In this document: one piece after another, positions 50,835-60,663 of the stretch
Layout of the letters: each line of letters starts with the position of its first letter
How positions within the stretch are numbered: the stretch's first letter is position 1
Origin: an uncultured Maribellus sp.
Lineage (GTDB): Bacteria; Bacteroidota; Bacteroidia; Bacteroidales; Prolixibacteraceae
DNA length: 64,000 bases
Reading direction: 5' to 3'
Assembly (NCBI GenBank): GCA_964572085.1
Contig: CAZNEV010000017.1
Coordinates: forward strand, 9,201 to 73,200
Notes under the pieces: generated by a model
The model's database searches: none
What the model saw: only the letters and a program-made list of their open reading frames with translations
What the model was told of the DNA's origin: nothing
Made by a program: the position numbers and the translations under genes

Positions 50835-50887
50835 TCAGGCTCGTTAGTGAAGAAAGTAAGGTCTGTATATTTAGTTTCTTTGTCCAT
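50834..50887 (-). pseudogene. 5' stub of a gene interrupted by IS630, resembling PLD-domain/SNF2 helicase N-termini
   Basis: MDKETKYTDLTFFTNEPD runs directly into the IS end. Confidence 0.45.
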
Positions 50888-51150
50888 TAATTAAATCCAT
50901 TTCAATTAGTAATCAAAAATAGGTTTTTTAGTGGCAGTGGCAAAGAAATAACTCTTTTGGTCTTTTCAGTGTTTGATTTAGTGCGTTAGCAAAAATCAAA
51001 TGTGCTATTTGTGGGTGAGATTATCTTGTTCTTCAATTCTGTTTGCTGTTGATTATTTGTCTCCTTTCAGTATGGCAAACAACAACTGTATTCCACAAAT
51101 CCCTTGATGTGTTGGGTAAGCTGTTCACTCAAGTGAATTTTAATTTATAT

Positions 51151-51723
51151 TCAGTAAGTGCCCAATTCAAAAGATTTAAATAAGTATTGGCCTGAGGTAG
51201 TATCGAACACCGCATAACCATCGCTAAATCCGATGAAAGTCAGGCCTGGTGCTTCGCTCGCGGATTGGCCGTTTTCTATTACATTTTTCCGGAAACCGCC
51301 GGCACGTAGATTATAGCCTTCGTATTGGCCGGATTTGGCCGGAATATACACGGTGGCTATGCTGCCCACAGGAACCGTAACTTCCATTGTGAATTTATCT
51401 CCTGTTTTTGCCAGTGAATTCCCGCTTCGCCCAAAACTGTTTGGTTATAGTATCTGCAAACGAAACTTCATCCACCGGTTGTGGTTTAAACACGTGGCTC
51501 CTAACTCAAGCCAACGGCCATTTCTCCAGAAAGCCGGTTCGCTCCAATCCGTTACTTCGCCATTTTTATCCCAAGCCCGGACCTGCCACCAGCATTCATC
51601 GCGCGACTGCAATGTTTTGCCGCCGTATTTCACCCGTGTAGATTGGTCGCTATTCACCCCTTTTTTATAATGTCCGTTGGGCGCAACGTGCTTTTGTCGA
51701 TTGCCGTAACCCAAACATCCCAT
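51151..51723 (-). pseudogene. GH78 rhamnosidase remnant with the catalytic middle deleted
   Basis: N-domain piece VKYGGKTLQSRDECWWQVRAWD...WSEPAFW next to C-terminal piece MEVTVPVGSIATVYIP...SGQYLF. Confidence 0.8.
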
Positions 51724-51830
51724 CGTGGCAATTATTTTAGGTTCATCAGGGATTTGCCGTTGGTTGGTATCAAAAAATACAAGAGCCAGGTTCGATTCAA
51801 AGTTCAGGTTTTAGGATGAAATAGAATTCA

Positions 51831-52586
51831 TTACAACTCGCGGATCCAGATATTGCGGAAGCTCACCAGATCACCATGATCTTGCAAAACGATGCTTCCC
51901 GGCCCGTGCTTTTTGATGCTGTATTCCGGTATTCCGATGTATTCAGTTGGCCCACGCATTTTTACGTTGTTTTGGACCACCACCCCGTTGTGTATAACGG
52001 TAACGGTTGGCGGGGTAAAATAGGTAATTCCGTCGTCGTTAAAACGCGGTGCCGTATAAATAATGTCGTAGGTTTGCCACACACCCGGTTTTTTGCAAGC
52101 GTTTACCAACGGCGGATGCTGCTTGTAAATGCTCCCGGCCTGTCCGTTGCGGTAGGTGCGGTTGTTGTAGTTATCCAAAATCTGCACTTCGTAAATCCCC
52201 TGCATAAAAACACCGCTATTACCGCGTCCCTGGCTTGTGCCAACCACTTCAACCGGTGAGCGCCATTCAATGTGCAGTTGGTAATCTTCGAAGGTGCGTT
52301 TTGTTTTGATGATGCCCGTACCTTTTTTTACGGTCATCGCACCATCGGCCACTGTCCAACCCGGGTTACCACCCTCTCCGTTTGTCCATTCCTGTTCTAA
52401 ATTAGTACCATCGAAAAGCACAATGGCATCCGAAGGCGCATCGCGGGGGGTTTCGCCGGGGGTAATCACCGGAACTTCAGGATCCCATATCTCGGTCATT
52501 TCCGGTTTCATTTTCATCGGCTCTTCCTGAGCCAAAACTGCAACTGCTACAAAAAGCAGTAAAAAAGAAAGAATTTGAATTTTCAT
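51831..52586 (-). CDS. DUF1080 (3-keto-disaccharide hydrolase family) protein
   Basis: PSDAIVLFDG, LHIEW, GNSGVF, YEVQILD, LQDHG..V.FRNIWIREL. Confidence 0.9.
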   Translation of the reverse strand: MKIQILSFLLLFVAVAVLAQEEPMKMKPEMTEIWDPEVPVITPGETPRDAPSDAIVLFDGTNLEQEWTNGEGGNPGWTVADGAMTVKKGTGIIKTKRTFEDYQLHIEWRSPVEVVGTSQGRGNSGVFMQGIYEVQILDNYNNRTYRNGQAGSIYKQHPPLVNACKKPGVWQTYDIIYTAPRFNDDGITYFTPPTVTVIHNGVVVQNNVKMRGPTEYIGIPEYSIKKHGPGSIVLQDHGDLVSFRNIWIREL

Positions 52587-52706
52587 GTATTAAGTATTAA
52601 GTATTGAGTATTTAGTATTGAGTATCCGGAACCGAGCAACAAGCATCCCCCCCCGACTGGCGTCAGCCGGGCGGGAAGCAACAAGCAACAAGCAACCAGC
52701 AACGAG
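52587..52706. repeat. Period-7 arrays (GTATTRA, then AAGCAAC) around a GC hairpin
   Basis: gtattaa gtattaa gtattga gtattta gtattga ... cccgactg-gcgt-cagccggg ... aagcaac x3 cagcaac. Confidence 0.85.
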
Positions 52707-54452
52707 CTACAATCCCAGTTCGTCCATAATTGCTTCGATTTTAGCTTCGGCTTTTTCTTCGGCAGCATCAAAACCCGAACGTGCTTTTAATTCTCCGGTA
52801 ACTTCAAAGTAAAATTTCATTTTAGGTTCGGTTCCGGATGGGCGGACAGAAATTTTCGTTCCGTCCTGTGTAAAAAACTGTATTACGTTCGAGGTATCTT
52901 TCTTGTCGATTTTTGCAGTCTCCCCTGTCAGCAAATTTTTCGCTTCCAGGGTTGAATAATCTTTCACCCATTCCATTGGCGAGCCACCCAGTTTTTTGGG
53001 CGGATCGTTGCGGAACTTAGCCATGATTTGCTGGATTTCCTCCGCACCCGATTTCCCTTTGCGAACGATGTATTCCATTTTCTCTTTGGAATAGCCGTAT
53101 TCCAAATAGATATCCTGTAGCAATTCATACAAGGTTTTCCCCTGATCGATTGCCCAGGCCGTGATTTCCGCCATCAAGGCGCAGGATGAAACAGCATCTT
53201 TGTCGCGCACAAAATCAGAGGGCATAAATCCAAAGCTTTCCTCCCCGCCACCGATGAATTTTTTCTTTCCTTCGAGTTCACGGATAATTTCGGCGATGTA
53301 TTTGAAACCGGTATAGGAATCAAAATATTCAATATTGTTTCTCCGGGCTATTTTAGCAATCAGTTCGGTGGTGACAATGGTTTTTACAATGTATTCGTTG
53401 CCTTTCAACACACCGTTTTTCTTCATTTTAGTGATGATGTAGTAGATGAAAAGGAGCGCAATTTGGTTTCCGTTGATGAGGATAAATTTACCTTTGTCGT
53501 CTTTCACCGAAACCCCAAGTCTGTCCGCATCCGGATCAGATGCCATTGCCACGTCGGCGTCAATTTCGGTGGCTTTGTCCATAGCCATTTTCATGGCGGC
53601 CTCCTCTTCCGGATTAGGCGAAACTACCGTTGGAAAATCGCCGCTCACCACATCCTGTTCCGGGATATTGATGATGTTGGTAAACCCAAATGCACGCAAC
53701 GCGTCGGGGATAAGTTTCACTCCTGTTCCGTGGATGGGTGTGTAAATAATCTTTATGTCGTGATGCTTGGCAATCACTTCGGGCGAAATAGAAACTTTTT
53801 TAACTTCTGCTAAAAATTTCTTGTCCATTTCTTCGCCAAGAGTTTCAATTAAATCGTCAGAACCATCAAATTTGATGTCTTCAGGTTTTATTTTAGCTAC
53901 TTCGGCAACAATATTTTCATCGTGCGGTGCAACAACCTGCGAGCCATCGTCCCAGTATGCTTTATATCCGTTGTATTCCTTTGGATTGTGCGATGCGGTG
54001 AGAATAATTCCGCTTTGGCATCCCAGTTCGCGAATGGCAAACGAAAGTTCGGGCGTTGGCCGTAAATCGTCGAACAGATAGGCTTTGATTCCGTTGGCTG
54101 CAAATATCTTTGCACTGCTTTCGGCATAAAGACGGCTATTATTCCGACAATCGTGAGCAATGGCTACGCTAATTTGCGGCACATCGGTAAAAAAGCTTTT
54201 TAAATAATTGCTTAATCCCTGAGTGGCTGCCCCTACGGTATAGATGTTCATACGATTGGTTCCTGCGCCCATGATACCGCGTAGGCCACCGGTTCCAAAC
54301 TCGAGGTTCTGGTAAAAGGAATCAATTAATTCGGTTGTATCCTCATTGTCGAGCATTTGTTGAACCTCTTTACGGGTTTGTTCGTCGTACGTTGGCGATA
54401 GCCATTCCTGAGCTTTTGCGCGCACTTCATTTAGTAGATGTTGATTTTCCAT
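52707..54452 (-). CDS. pgm: Phosphoglucomutase/phosphomannomutase
   Basis: FGTGGLRG, TASHNP, DPDADR, GEES, RPSGTEPK. Confidence 0.93.
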   Translation of the reverse strand: MENQHLLNEVRAKAQEWLSPTYDEQTRKEVQQMLDNEDTTELIDSFYQNLEFGTGGLRGIMGAGTNRMNIYTVGAATQGLSNYLKSFFTDVPQISVAIAHDCRNNSRLYAESSAKIFAANGIKAYLFDDLRPTPELSFAIRELGCQSGIILTASHNPKEYNGYKAYWDDGSQVVAPHDENIVAEVAKIKPEDIKFDGSDDLIETLGEEMDKKFLAEVKKVSISPEVIAKHHDIKIIYTPIHGTGVKLIPDALRAFGFTNIINIPEQDVVSGDFPTVVSPNPEEEAAMKMAMDKATEIDADVAMASDPDADRLGVSVKDDKGKFILINGNQIALLFIYYIITKMKKNGVLKGNEYIVKTIVTTELIAKIARRNNIEYFDSYTGFKYIAEIIRELEGKKKFIGGGEESFGFMPSDFVRDKDAVSSCALMAEITAWAIDQGKTLYELLQDIYLEYGYSKEKMEYIVRKGKSGAEEIQQIMAKFRNDPPKKLGGSPMEWVKDYSTLEAKNLLTGETAKIDKKDTSNVIQFFTQDGTKISVRPSGTEPKMKFYFEVTGELKARSGFDAAEEKAEAKIEAIMDELGL

Positions 54453-54649
54453 TTAATTATATTTTTTATTTTTTCACAATTTGATTGTTATTGTTCTTCG
54501 GAATATTAAAACGAAAATACAATTTTAATTCTTTACACTATCTTGTTTTGGGATACAAATAATAATGATTTGGATATTAAACAATGTTCTACCGCTGTTT
54601 ACGTCTAACATTTATCCGAGCTTGCGACATCCGCTCCCTTAAACCGCCT

Positions 54650-55516
54650 TCATTTAAAAATTTCCAAACACTCCTTCAGCGAATCCCGCCAATACGGAAT
54701 TTTAATTCCAAAATTATTGCGGATTTTGGCTTTGTTTAAAACGCTAAAATTCGGACGCTTTGCGGGAGTTGGGAATTCTTCAGAAAGCACTGGTGAAGCT
54801 TTACATTCAACTTTTGCAATTTCAAAAATAGCTTGAGCAAAATCGTACCAGCTTGCTACACCTTCGTTAGAATAGTGGTAAATTCCCGGTATAAACTTTT
54901 CCGGTTGTTTTTCTGAAACTTGAATAATGGAAAGAATAGTTGCAGCTAAATCGGCAGCATAGGTGGGTGTGCCAATTTGATCGAACACCACGTTGACGTT
55001 GTCGCGTTCGTTGCCGAGGCGCAACATGGTTTTCACAAAGTTACTTCCGAAGGAGGAATATAGCCACGAGGTTCGAATTACAATTGATTCGGGATTATTG
55101 GCCAAGCAATTTTGCTCTCCGCGAAGTTTTGTGGCACCATAAACACCTTGCGGGTTTACCTTGTCTGTTTCTGAGTAGGGCTTATGTGCTGTTCCGTCGA
55201 AAACATAATCGGTGGAAATATGAATAAACCTTGAACCTGTCTTTTGAGCATTAGTTGCCAGGATTTTGGGAGCTACAGAATTTATCCTTTCTGCTGTTTC
55301 AGTGTCCGTTTCGGCTTTGTCAACTGCAGTATAGGCGGCACAATTAATTATAAAATCAGGTTGGTTTTGCTGAAAGAAATTTTTGACAGCATTCTCGTTG
55401 GTTATATCCAAAGTATCCGCATCCGTGAGCAGAAACTCCCAGGCGGGAAAATTTCCCGATTGCACTTTCAATTCACTTCCCAATTGCCCGTATGCTCCTG
55501 TTATTAGAATTCTCAT
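54650..55516 (-). CDS. rfbD: dTDP-4-dehydrorhamnose reductase
   Basis: GAYGQLG, NCAAYTAVDKAE, STDYVFDG, YGATK. Confidence 0.95.
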   Translation of the reverse strand: MRILITGAYGQLGSELKVQSGNFPAWEFLLTDADTLDITNENAVKNFFQQNQPDFIINCAAYTAVDKAETDTETAERINSVAPKILATNAQKTGSRFIHISTDYVFDGTAHKPYSETDKVNPQGVYGATKLRGEQNCLANNPESIVIRTSWLYSSFGSNFVKTMLRLGNERDNVNVVFDQIGTPTYAADLAATILSIIQVSEKQPEKFIPGIYHYSNEGVASWYDFAQAIFEIAKVECKASPVLSEEFPTPAKRPNFSVLNKAKIRNNFGIKIPYWRDSLKECLEIFK

Positions 55517-56073
55517 GCGGTAAATTCAAAGTTATATTCTGCTGCGTCGAACAGCGGTGCGAGGCGGTCTTTTTCGGAAACAATCTGCTCCTTCGGATTA
55601 ATTTTCCAGTCAATTCCCAGTTTTGGATCGAAAGCACTGATTGAACGTTCAGCAGCTTTGGTGTAAATATTGTCACATTTATAAGTAAAAATCGCGGTTT
55701 CGCTTAGCACCGAAAAGCCGTGGGCAAAACCGCGGGGGATGTACAATTGACTTTTAGAGTTTGAATCCAGCTCAATACCAAACCATTGACCAAACGTTGG
55801 GGATTCCGCGCGCAAATCAACTGCCACATCGAAAACCCGGCCCTGCACCACGCGCACCAACTTCGCCTGTGCAAAAGGAGCTAACTGGTAATGCAGCCCC
55901 CGCACTACTCCCCGCACCGATTTTGACTCATTATCCTGAACGAACTCAGCGTTTATAGCCGATTCTGCATAACGGAATTGTTGGTACGATTCAAAGAAAT
56001 ACCCCCGTTCATCTTCAAAGAATCGTGGTTGAATTACAAGCAATCCGGGCAGTGGTGTTTCAATTATTTTCAT
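55513..56073 (-). CDS. rfbC: dTDP-4-dehydrorhamnose 3,5-epimerase
   Basis: DERGYF.ES, QDNES, RGLHYQ, GFAHGF. Confidence 0.95.
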   Translation of the reverse strand: MKIIETPLPGLLVIQPRFFEDERGYFFESYQQFRYAESAINAEFVQDNESKSVRGVVRGLHYQLAPFAQAKLVRVVQGRVFDVAVDLRAESPTFGQWFGIELDSNSKSQLYIPRGFAHGFSVLSETAIFTYKCDNIYTKAAERSISAFDPKLGIDWKINPKEQIVSEKDRLAPLFDAAEYNFEFTA

Positions 56074-56128
56074 AAAATGGAAACTTCGATTTATTATATA
56101 CTGTCGAAAACAAAAAAACCAAAGCCGG

Positions 56129-57010
56129 CTAAAAGAAAAATATTTGCTTATTAACCAGTTGTATCAAATACTGTCCATACTGATTGTTTTTAAGCGGTTC
56201 TGCCAATTCCAACAACTGCTCTTTGGTGATGAATCCTTTGACGTAAGCAATTTCCTCGATACACGACACTTTCAAACCTTGTCGTTGCTCAATTGTGGAA
56301 ATGTAATTTGATGCCTGCAACAAACTGTCGTGCGTCCCGGTATCCAACCAGGCAAACCCACGGCCAAGCAGTTGAACATTCAAGCGGTTTTCTTCCATAT
56401 ATATCCGGTTCAAGTCCGTAATTTCAAGCTCTCCCCGCTTTGAAGGAGTTAGTTTTTTTGCCTTTTCCACCACATCGTTCGAGTAGAAATACAATCCGGT
56501 AACGGCATAGTTCGACTTTGGCTTTTCCGGTTTTTCTTCAATACTGATTGCTTTTCCGGCTTCATCAAATTCCACTACCCCGTAACGCTCCGGGTCGGTC
56601 ACATAATAGCCAAAAACAATTGCTCCGTCCTCAAGGCTTGCGGCACGCTCCAAAATTCTACGGAATTGATAGCCATAAAAAATATTGTCGCCCAAAATTA
56701 AGCACACATTATCATCGCCAATAAACTCTTCGCCTAATAAGAATGCCTGTGCCAAACCATCGGGCGAGGGTTGGATTTTGTACGAAATTGAAATGCCAAG
56801 TTGCGAACCGTCGCCCAACAAGTGTTCATAAAGACCGATGTCATTGGGTGTGGAAATAATGAGGATTTCCCTGATCCCTGCCAGCATAAGTACCGAAAGC
56901 GGGTAATAGATCATCGGCTTATCATACACCGGAATTATTTGTTTTGATATAGAACGGGTAATCGGATAAAGCCGTGTTCCGGCACCTCCGGCAAGAATAA
57001 TTCCTTTCAT
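56129..57010 (-). CDS. rfbA: Glucose-1-phosphate thymidylyltransferase
   Basis: [44 protein letters not shown]. Confidence 0.97.
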   Translation of the reverse strand: MKGIILAGGAGTRLYPITRSISKQIIPVYDKPMIYYPLSVLMLAGIREILIISTPNDIGLYEHLLGDGSQLGISISYKIQPSPDGLAQAFLLGEEFIGDDNVCLILGDNIFYGYQFRRILERAASLEDGAIVFGYYVTDPERYGVVEFDEAGKAISIEEKPEKPKSNYAVTGLYFYSNDVVEKAKKLTPSKRGELEITDLNRIYMEENRLNVQLLGRGFAWLDTGTHDSLLQASNYISTIEQRQGLKVSCIEEIAYVKGFITKEQLLELAEPLKNNQYGQYLIQLVNKQIFFF

Positions 57011-57120
57011 GGTATTAGATTTGCTTATTTCAAAAATTAAAAGCCAAAATTAACAAAAGAAATAGAGCATGCAATTCCTGTTTTACATTGAAAAACAATT
57101 GAATGAACAATTATCGATTT

Positions 57121-57155
57121 ATATTTCAAATAATATTTCAAATAATATTTCAAAT
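57121..57155. repeat. 12-bp tandem repeat, ~3 copies
   Basis: ATATTTCAAATA ATATTTCAAATA ATATTTCAAAT. Confidence 0.85.
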
Positions 57156-57243
57156 CCTTTGTGGTTAATGAATTAAGTTATAATTTTGCGCGCGATTTAA
57201 AAACAAATATATTGTCTAACTTATTAATTTTCATTAGAATTAC

Positions 57244-59337
57244 ATGACTGAAAAGAAAAATGAAGGTCTTGAAAACGAAGTAAAAGAAGCTCCGGTTCAA
57301 GCAGAAAAAGAGGTTGTTGAAAGCACAACAGAAAAAACAGAAGCTAAATCGGAAGATGAAGTTGCTGAAACTCCTGAAGCAGAACAAGAACCTGAAACAG
57401 AGTTTACTGCCGAAACCAAAGAAGAAGAGGTGGTAGCTGAAGCTGAAGAAGCGCCTGCCGAACTGAAAGCCAAAGAAGCCAAACCGGAAGCAAAAGAAGA
57501 AGTGGCTGAAGAGAAAGCCAAAGCTCCTGAAACACCCAAAGCAGAAGAAAAAGAAACCAGCACCGAACCCGAAGAATTTGATTGGGCAAGCCTTGAAGTA
57601 GGATTAGATCCCTATTCGGAAAAAGAACGCGACAAACTTGAAAACTTATACAACGATACGTTGAGTACCGTTTCAGAAAAAGAAGTTTTGGAGGGAACTG
57701 TAATTTCGCTAAACAAACGCGAAGTAGTGGTTGACATAGGCTACAAATCCGACGGTATTGTTAGTGTGAACGAATTCCGCTACAACCCCGACCTTAAAGT
57801 TGGCGACAAAGTTGACGTTTACATCGAAAGCCTGGAAGATAAAAAAGGACAGATGATCCTTTCGCACAAACAGGCTCGTGCAACCCGTTCATGGGAACGT
57901 GTAAATGAATCGTTAGACAACAACGAAGTTATTAAAGGCTACATTAAATGCCGCACCAAAGGCGGAATGATCGTTGACGTTTTTGGAATCGAAGCATTCC
58001 TGCCCGGCTCACAAATCGACGTGAAACCCATTCGCGATTACGATGTATTTGTAGGCAAAACCATGGAGTTCAAGGTGGTGAAAATCAACCAGGAATACCG
58101 TAACGTAGTGGTTTCGCACAAAGCCCTCATCGAAGCCGAACTGGAATTGCAGAAAAAAGAAATTATTGCCAAACTTGAAAAAGGACAAGTTTTGGAAGGC
58201 ACCGTTAAGAACATTACTTCTTACGGAGTATTTATGGACCTTGGCGGTGTTGACGGTCTGATCCACATCACCGACCTCTCGTGGGGGCGCATTTCACACC
58301 CAAGCGAAATTGTGGAGCTCGACCAAAAGCTGAACGTGGTTATCCTCGATTTTGACGACGACAAAAAACGTATCGCCTTAGGCTTGAAACAACTGACTCC
58401 GCACCCATGGGACAATTTGGATGAAAACCTGAAAGTGGGCGACAAAGTAACAGGAAAAGTAGTTGTTATTGCCGACTACGGTGCTTTTGTGGAAATTGTA
58501 ACCGGCGTAGAAGGCCTGATCCACGTTTCGGAAATGAGTTGGAGCCAGCATTTACGCAGTGCTCAGGATTTCCTGAAAGTGGGCGACGAAGTGGAAGCCG
58601 CTATTTTGACCCTGGACCGCGACGAACGCAAAATGTCGCTCGGTATCAAACAGTTGAAAGCCGATCCATGGGAAAATATCGACTCGGAATACGGTGTTGG
58701 AAGCAAACACAAAGCTACCGTGCGTAACTTCACCAACTTTGGCGTTTTTGTAGAAATAGCAGAAGGTGTTGACGGATTAATTCACATTTCGGACCTTAGC
58801 TGGACGAAAAAAATTAAGCACCCGTCGGAATTTACCGCAATTGCTGAAGAAATCGAAGTTGTTGTTCTTGACATAGATAAAGACAACCGTCGTTTGAGCC
58901 TGGGCCACAAACAATTAGAAGAAAACCCATGGGACGTATTTGAAACCATTTTCACTGCCGATTCCATACACGAAGGAACTGTGATTGAATTGATGGATAA
59001 AGGTGCCGTTATTGCACTGCCCTATGGAGTTGAAGGCTTTGCCACCCCGCGCCATCTGGTAAAAGAAGACGGTTCATCGGTAGGGCAGGACGAAAAATTA
59101 GATTTCAAAGTCATCGAATTCAATAAATCCGCAAAACGTATTATTGTATCGCATTCCAGAATTTTTGAAGATGTAAAACGCGCAGAAGATTCTGCAAAGC
59201 GCAAAACATCACCCCGTTCAGCTAAAAAATCGGTAAAAGTAGTTACTGATACCATTGAAAAAACTACGCTGGGCGACATTAGCGAATTGGCGGCTTTGAA
59301 AACTCAAATGGAAGAGAAAGAAAAAAAAGATAAATAA
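57244..59337 (+). CDS. rpsA: 30S ribosomal protein S1 with an acidic N-terminal extension
   Basis: Six S1 repeats (GVDGLIHITDLSW etc.); TAATTTTG promoter element at 57181. Confidence 0.96.
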   Translation: MTEKKNEGLENEVKEAPVQAEKEVVESTTEKTEAKSEDEVAETPEAEQEPETEFTAETKEEEVVAEAEEAPAELKAKEAKPEAKEEVAEEKAKAPETPKAEEKETSTEPEEFDWASLEVGLDPYSEKERDKLENLYNDTLSTVSEKEVLEGTVISLNKREVVVDIGYKSDGIVSVNEFRYNPDLKVGDKVDVYIESLEDKKGQMILSHKQARATRSWERVNESLDNNEVIKGYIKCRTKGGMIVDVFGIEAFLPGSQIDVKPIRDYDVFVGKTMEFKVVKINQEYRNVVVSHKALIEAELELQKKEIIAKLEKGQVLEGTVKNITSYGVFMDLGGVDGLIHITDLSWGRISHPSEIVELDQKLNVVILDFDDDKKRIALGLKQLTPHPWDNLDENLKVGDKVTGKVVVIADYGAFVEIVTGVEGLIHVSEMSWSQHLRSAQDFLKVGDEVEAAILTLDRDERKMSLGIKQLKADPWENIDSEYGVGSKHKATVRNFTNFGVFVEIAEGVDGLIHISDLSWTKKIKHPSEFTAIAEEIEVVVLDIDKDNRRLSLGHKQLEENPWDVFETIFTADSIHEGTVIELMDKGAVIALPYGVEGFATPRHLVKEDGSSVGQDEKLDFKVIEFNKSAKRIIVSHSRIFEDVKRAEDSAKRKTSPRSAKKSVKVVTDTIEKTTLGDISELAALKTQMEEKEKKDK

Positions 59338-59378
59338 ACAGAGATTGCAATTTGATTGAAATTTCGTAAATTGAGCCC

Positions 59379-59732
59379 ATGGCATTCGAAATTCAAAAAA
59401 ACAGTAATTTTACTTTAGTAAAAGTAGAATCAAGCAGGTTAGACACAAATAACGCGCCTGATTTAAAATCGGAACTTGTTGGCATAAACAACCAGGGAGA
59501 AAAAAACATTGTACTCGATTTGAGCAATTGCGACTACTGCGATTCTTCGGGATTGAGAGCGGTTTTGGTAGGCAACCGGTTATGTGAAGATGCAATTGGG
59601 ACGTTTATTTTGTGTGGACTACAACCGGACGTTGAAAGTCTGGTGAGAATCTCCATGCTACATACCGTTTTGATTGTTACAAAAACGGCAGATCAAGCAA
59701 AGGGATTATTGGAAACAAAGGAAAATCTTTAA
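59379..59732 (+). CDS. STAS-domain anti-sigma factor antagonist
   Basis: LDTNNAP.LK, LDLS..DYCDSSGL. Confidence 0.9.
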   Translation: MAFEIQKNSNFTLVKVESSRLDTNNAPDLKSELVGINNQGEKNIVLDLSNCDYCDSSGLRAVLVGNRLCEDAIGTFILCGLQPDVESLVRISMLHTVLIVTKTADQAKGLLETKENL

Positions 59733-59737
59733 CAAAG

Positions 59738-60649
59738 ATGCCTTTTGAACTGACCATTTTGGGAAGCAGTTCAGCACTGCCAACCTCCGACAAATATCCA
59801 ACCGCTCAAGTACTGAACGTACTTGGGCGGTTTTTTTTGATCGATTGCGGCGAAGGAACCCAAATCCAACTGCGACGACAAAAAATCGGCTTCTCAAAAA
59901 TTAAACACATCTTTATATCGCACCTGCACGGCGACCACTATTACGGATTGATCGGGCTGATTTCAACACTCAATTTGCTTGGGTTAAAAACGGATTTGCA
60001 TATTTATTCTCCCTCAGAATTAAAAGACTTGCTTCAGCCCCAACTTGATTTTCTAAAAGGTGGCATGAACCTGAACTTGACTTTTCATCCGTTAAACTTT
60101 AAAAAGCAGCAACTAATTTATGCCGATAAACGCGTTGAAATATTTTCCTTCCCGGTAAAACACAGCATTTCTACCTGTGGTTTCCTGTTCAAAGGAATTG
60201 AAAAACAGCGCAATATGCGGAAAGAAGCGATTGAATACTATCAAATTCCGATTGCGCAAATAAAAGAGATAAAAGCCGGTGCCGATTTTGTAAGCGACGA
60301 AGGAAAAATTATTGCCAACGAATTGCTCACCACTTCCCCGCCCGCGCCCCGTTCTTATGCTTTTTGCACCGACACGGCATTTCACCCACCGCTCGCAGAA
60401 ATTGTGAAAGACGTGGATTTATTGTATCACGAAGCCACTTTTTTAGAAGAAATGCGCGATTTTGCAAAAAGAACCCGGCATTCAACAGCAATTGACGCCG
60501 CAACGATTGCAAAAATGGCAGGCGCCAAGAAACTGATCATTGGCCATTTCTCATCCCGTTTCCACGATATTAAACTTTTTGAAAACGAAGCCAAAACGGT
60601 TTTTGAAAATACAGAAGCGGCAAAAGAAGGAAAAACGTATAAAGTTTGA
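59738..60649 (+). CDS. rnz: Ribonuclease Z
   Basis: DCGEGTQ, SHLHGDH, YHEATF, HST, GHFSSR. Confidence 0.95.
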   Translation: MPFELTILGSSSALPTSDKYPTAQVLNVLGRFFLIDCGEGTQIQLRRQKIGFSKIKHIFISHLHGDHYYGLIGLISTLNLLGLKTDLHIYSPSELKDLLQPQLDFLKGGMNLNLTFHPLNFKKQQLIYADKRVEIFSFPVKHSISTCGFLFKGIEKQRNMRKEAIEYYQIPIAQIKEIKAGADFVSDEGKIIANELLTTSPPAPRSYAFCTDTAFHPPLAEIVKDVDLLYHEATFLEEMRDFAKRTRHSTAIDAATIAKMAGAKKLIIGHFSSRFHDIKLFENEAKTVFENTEAAKEGKTYKV

Positions 60650-60663
60650 GGCATTAAGAGTCT

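Noticed and set aside
54650..57010. rfbACD without rfbB
   Set aside because: rfbB is often encoded elsewhere; not unusual
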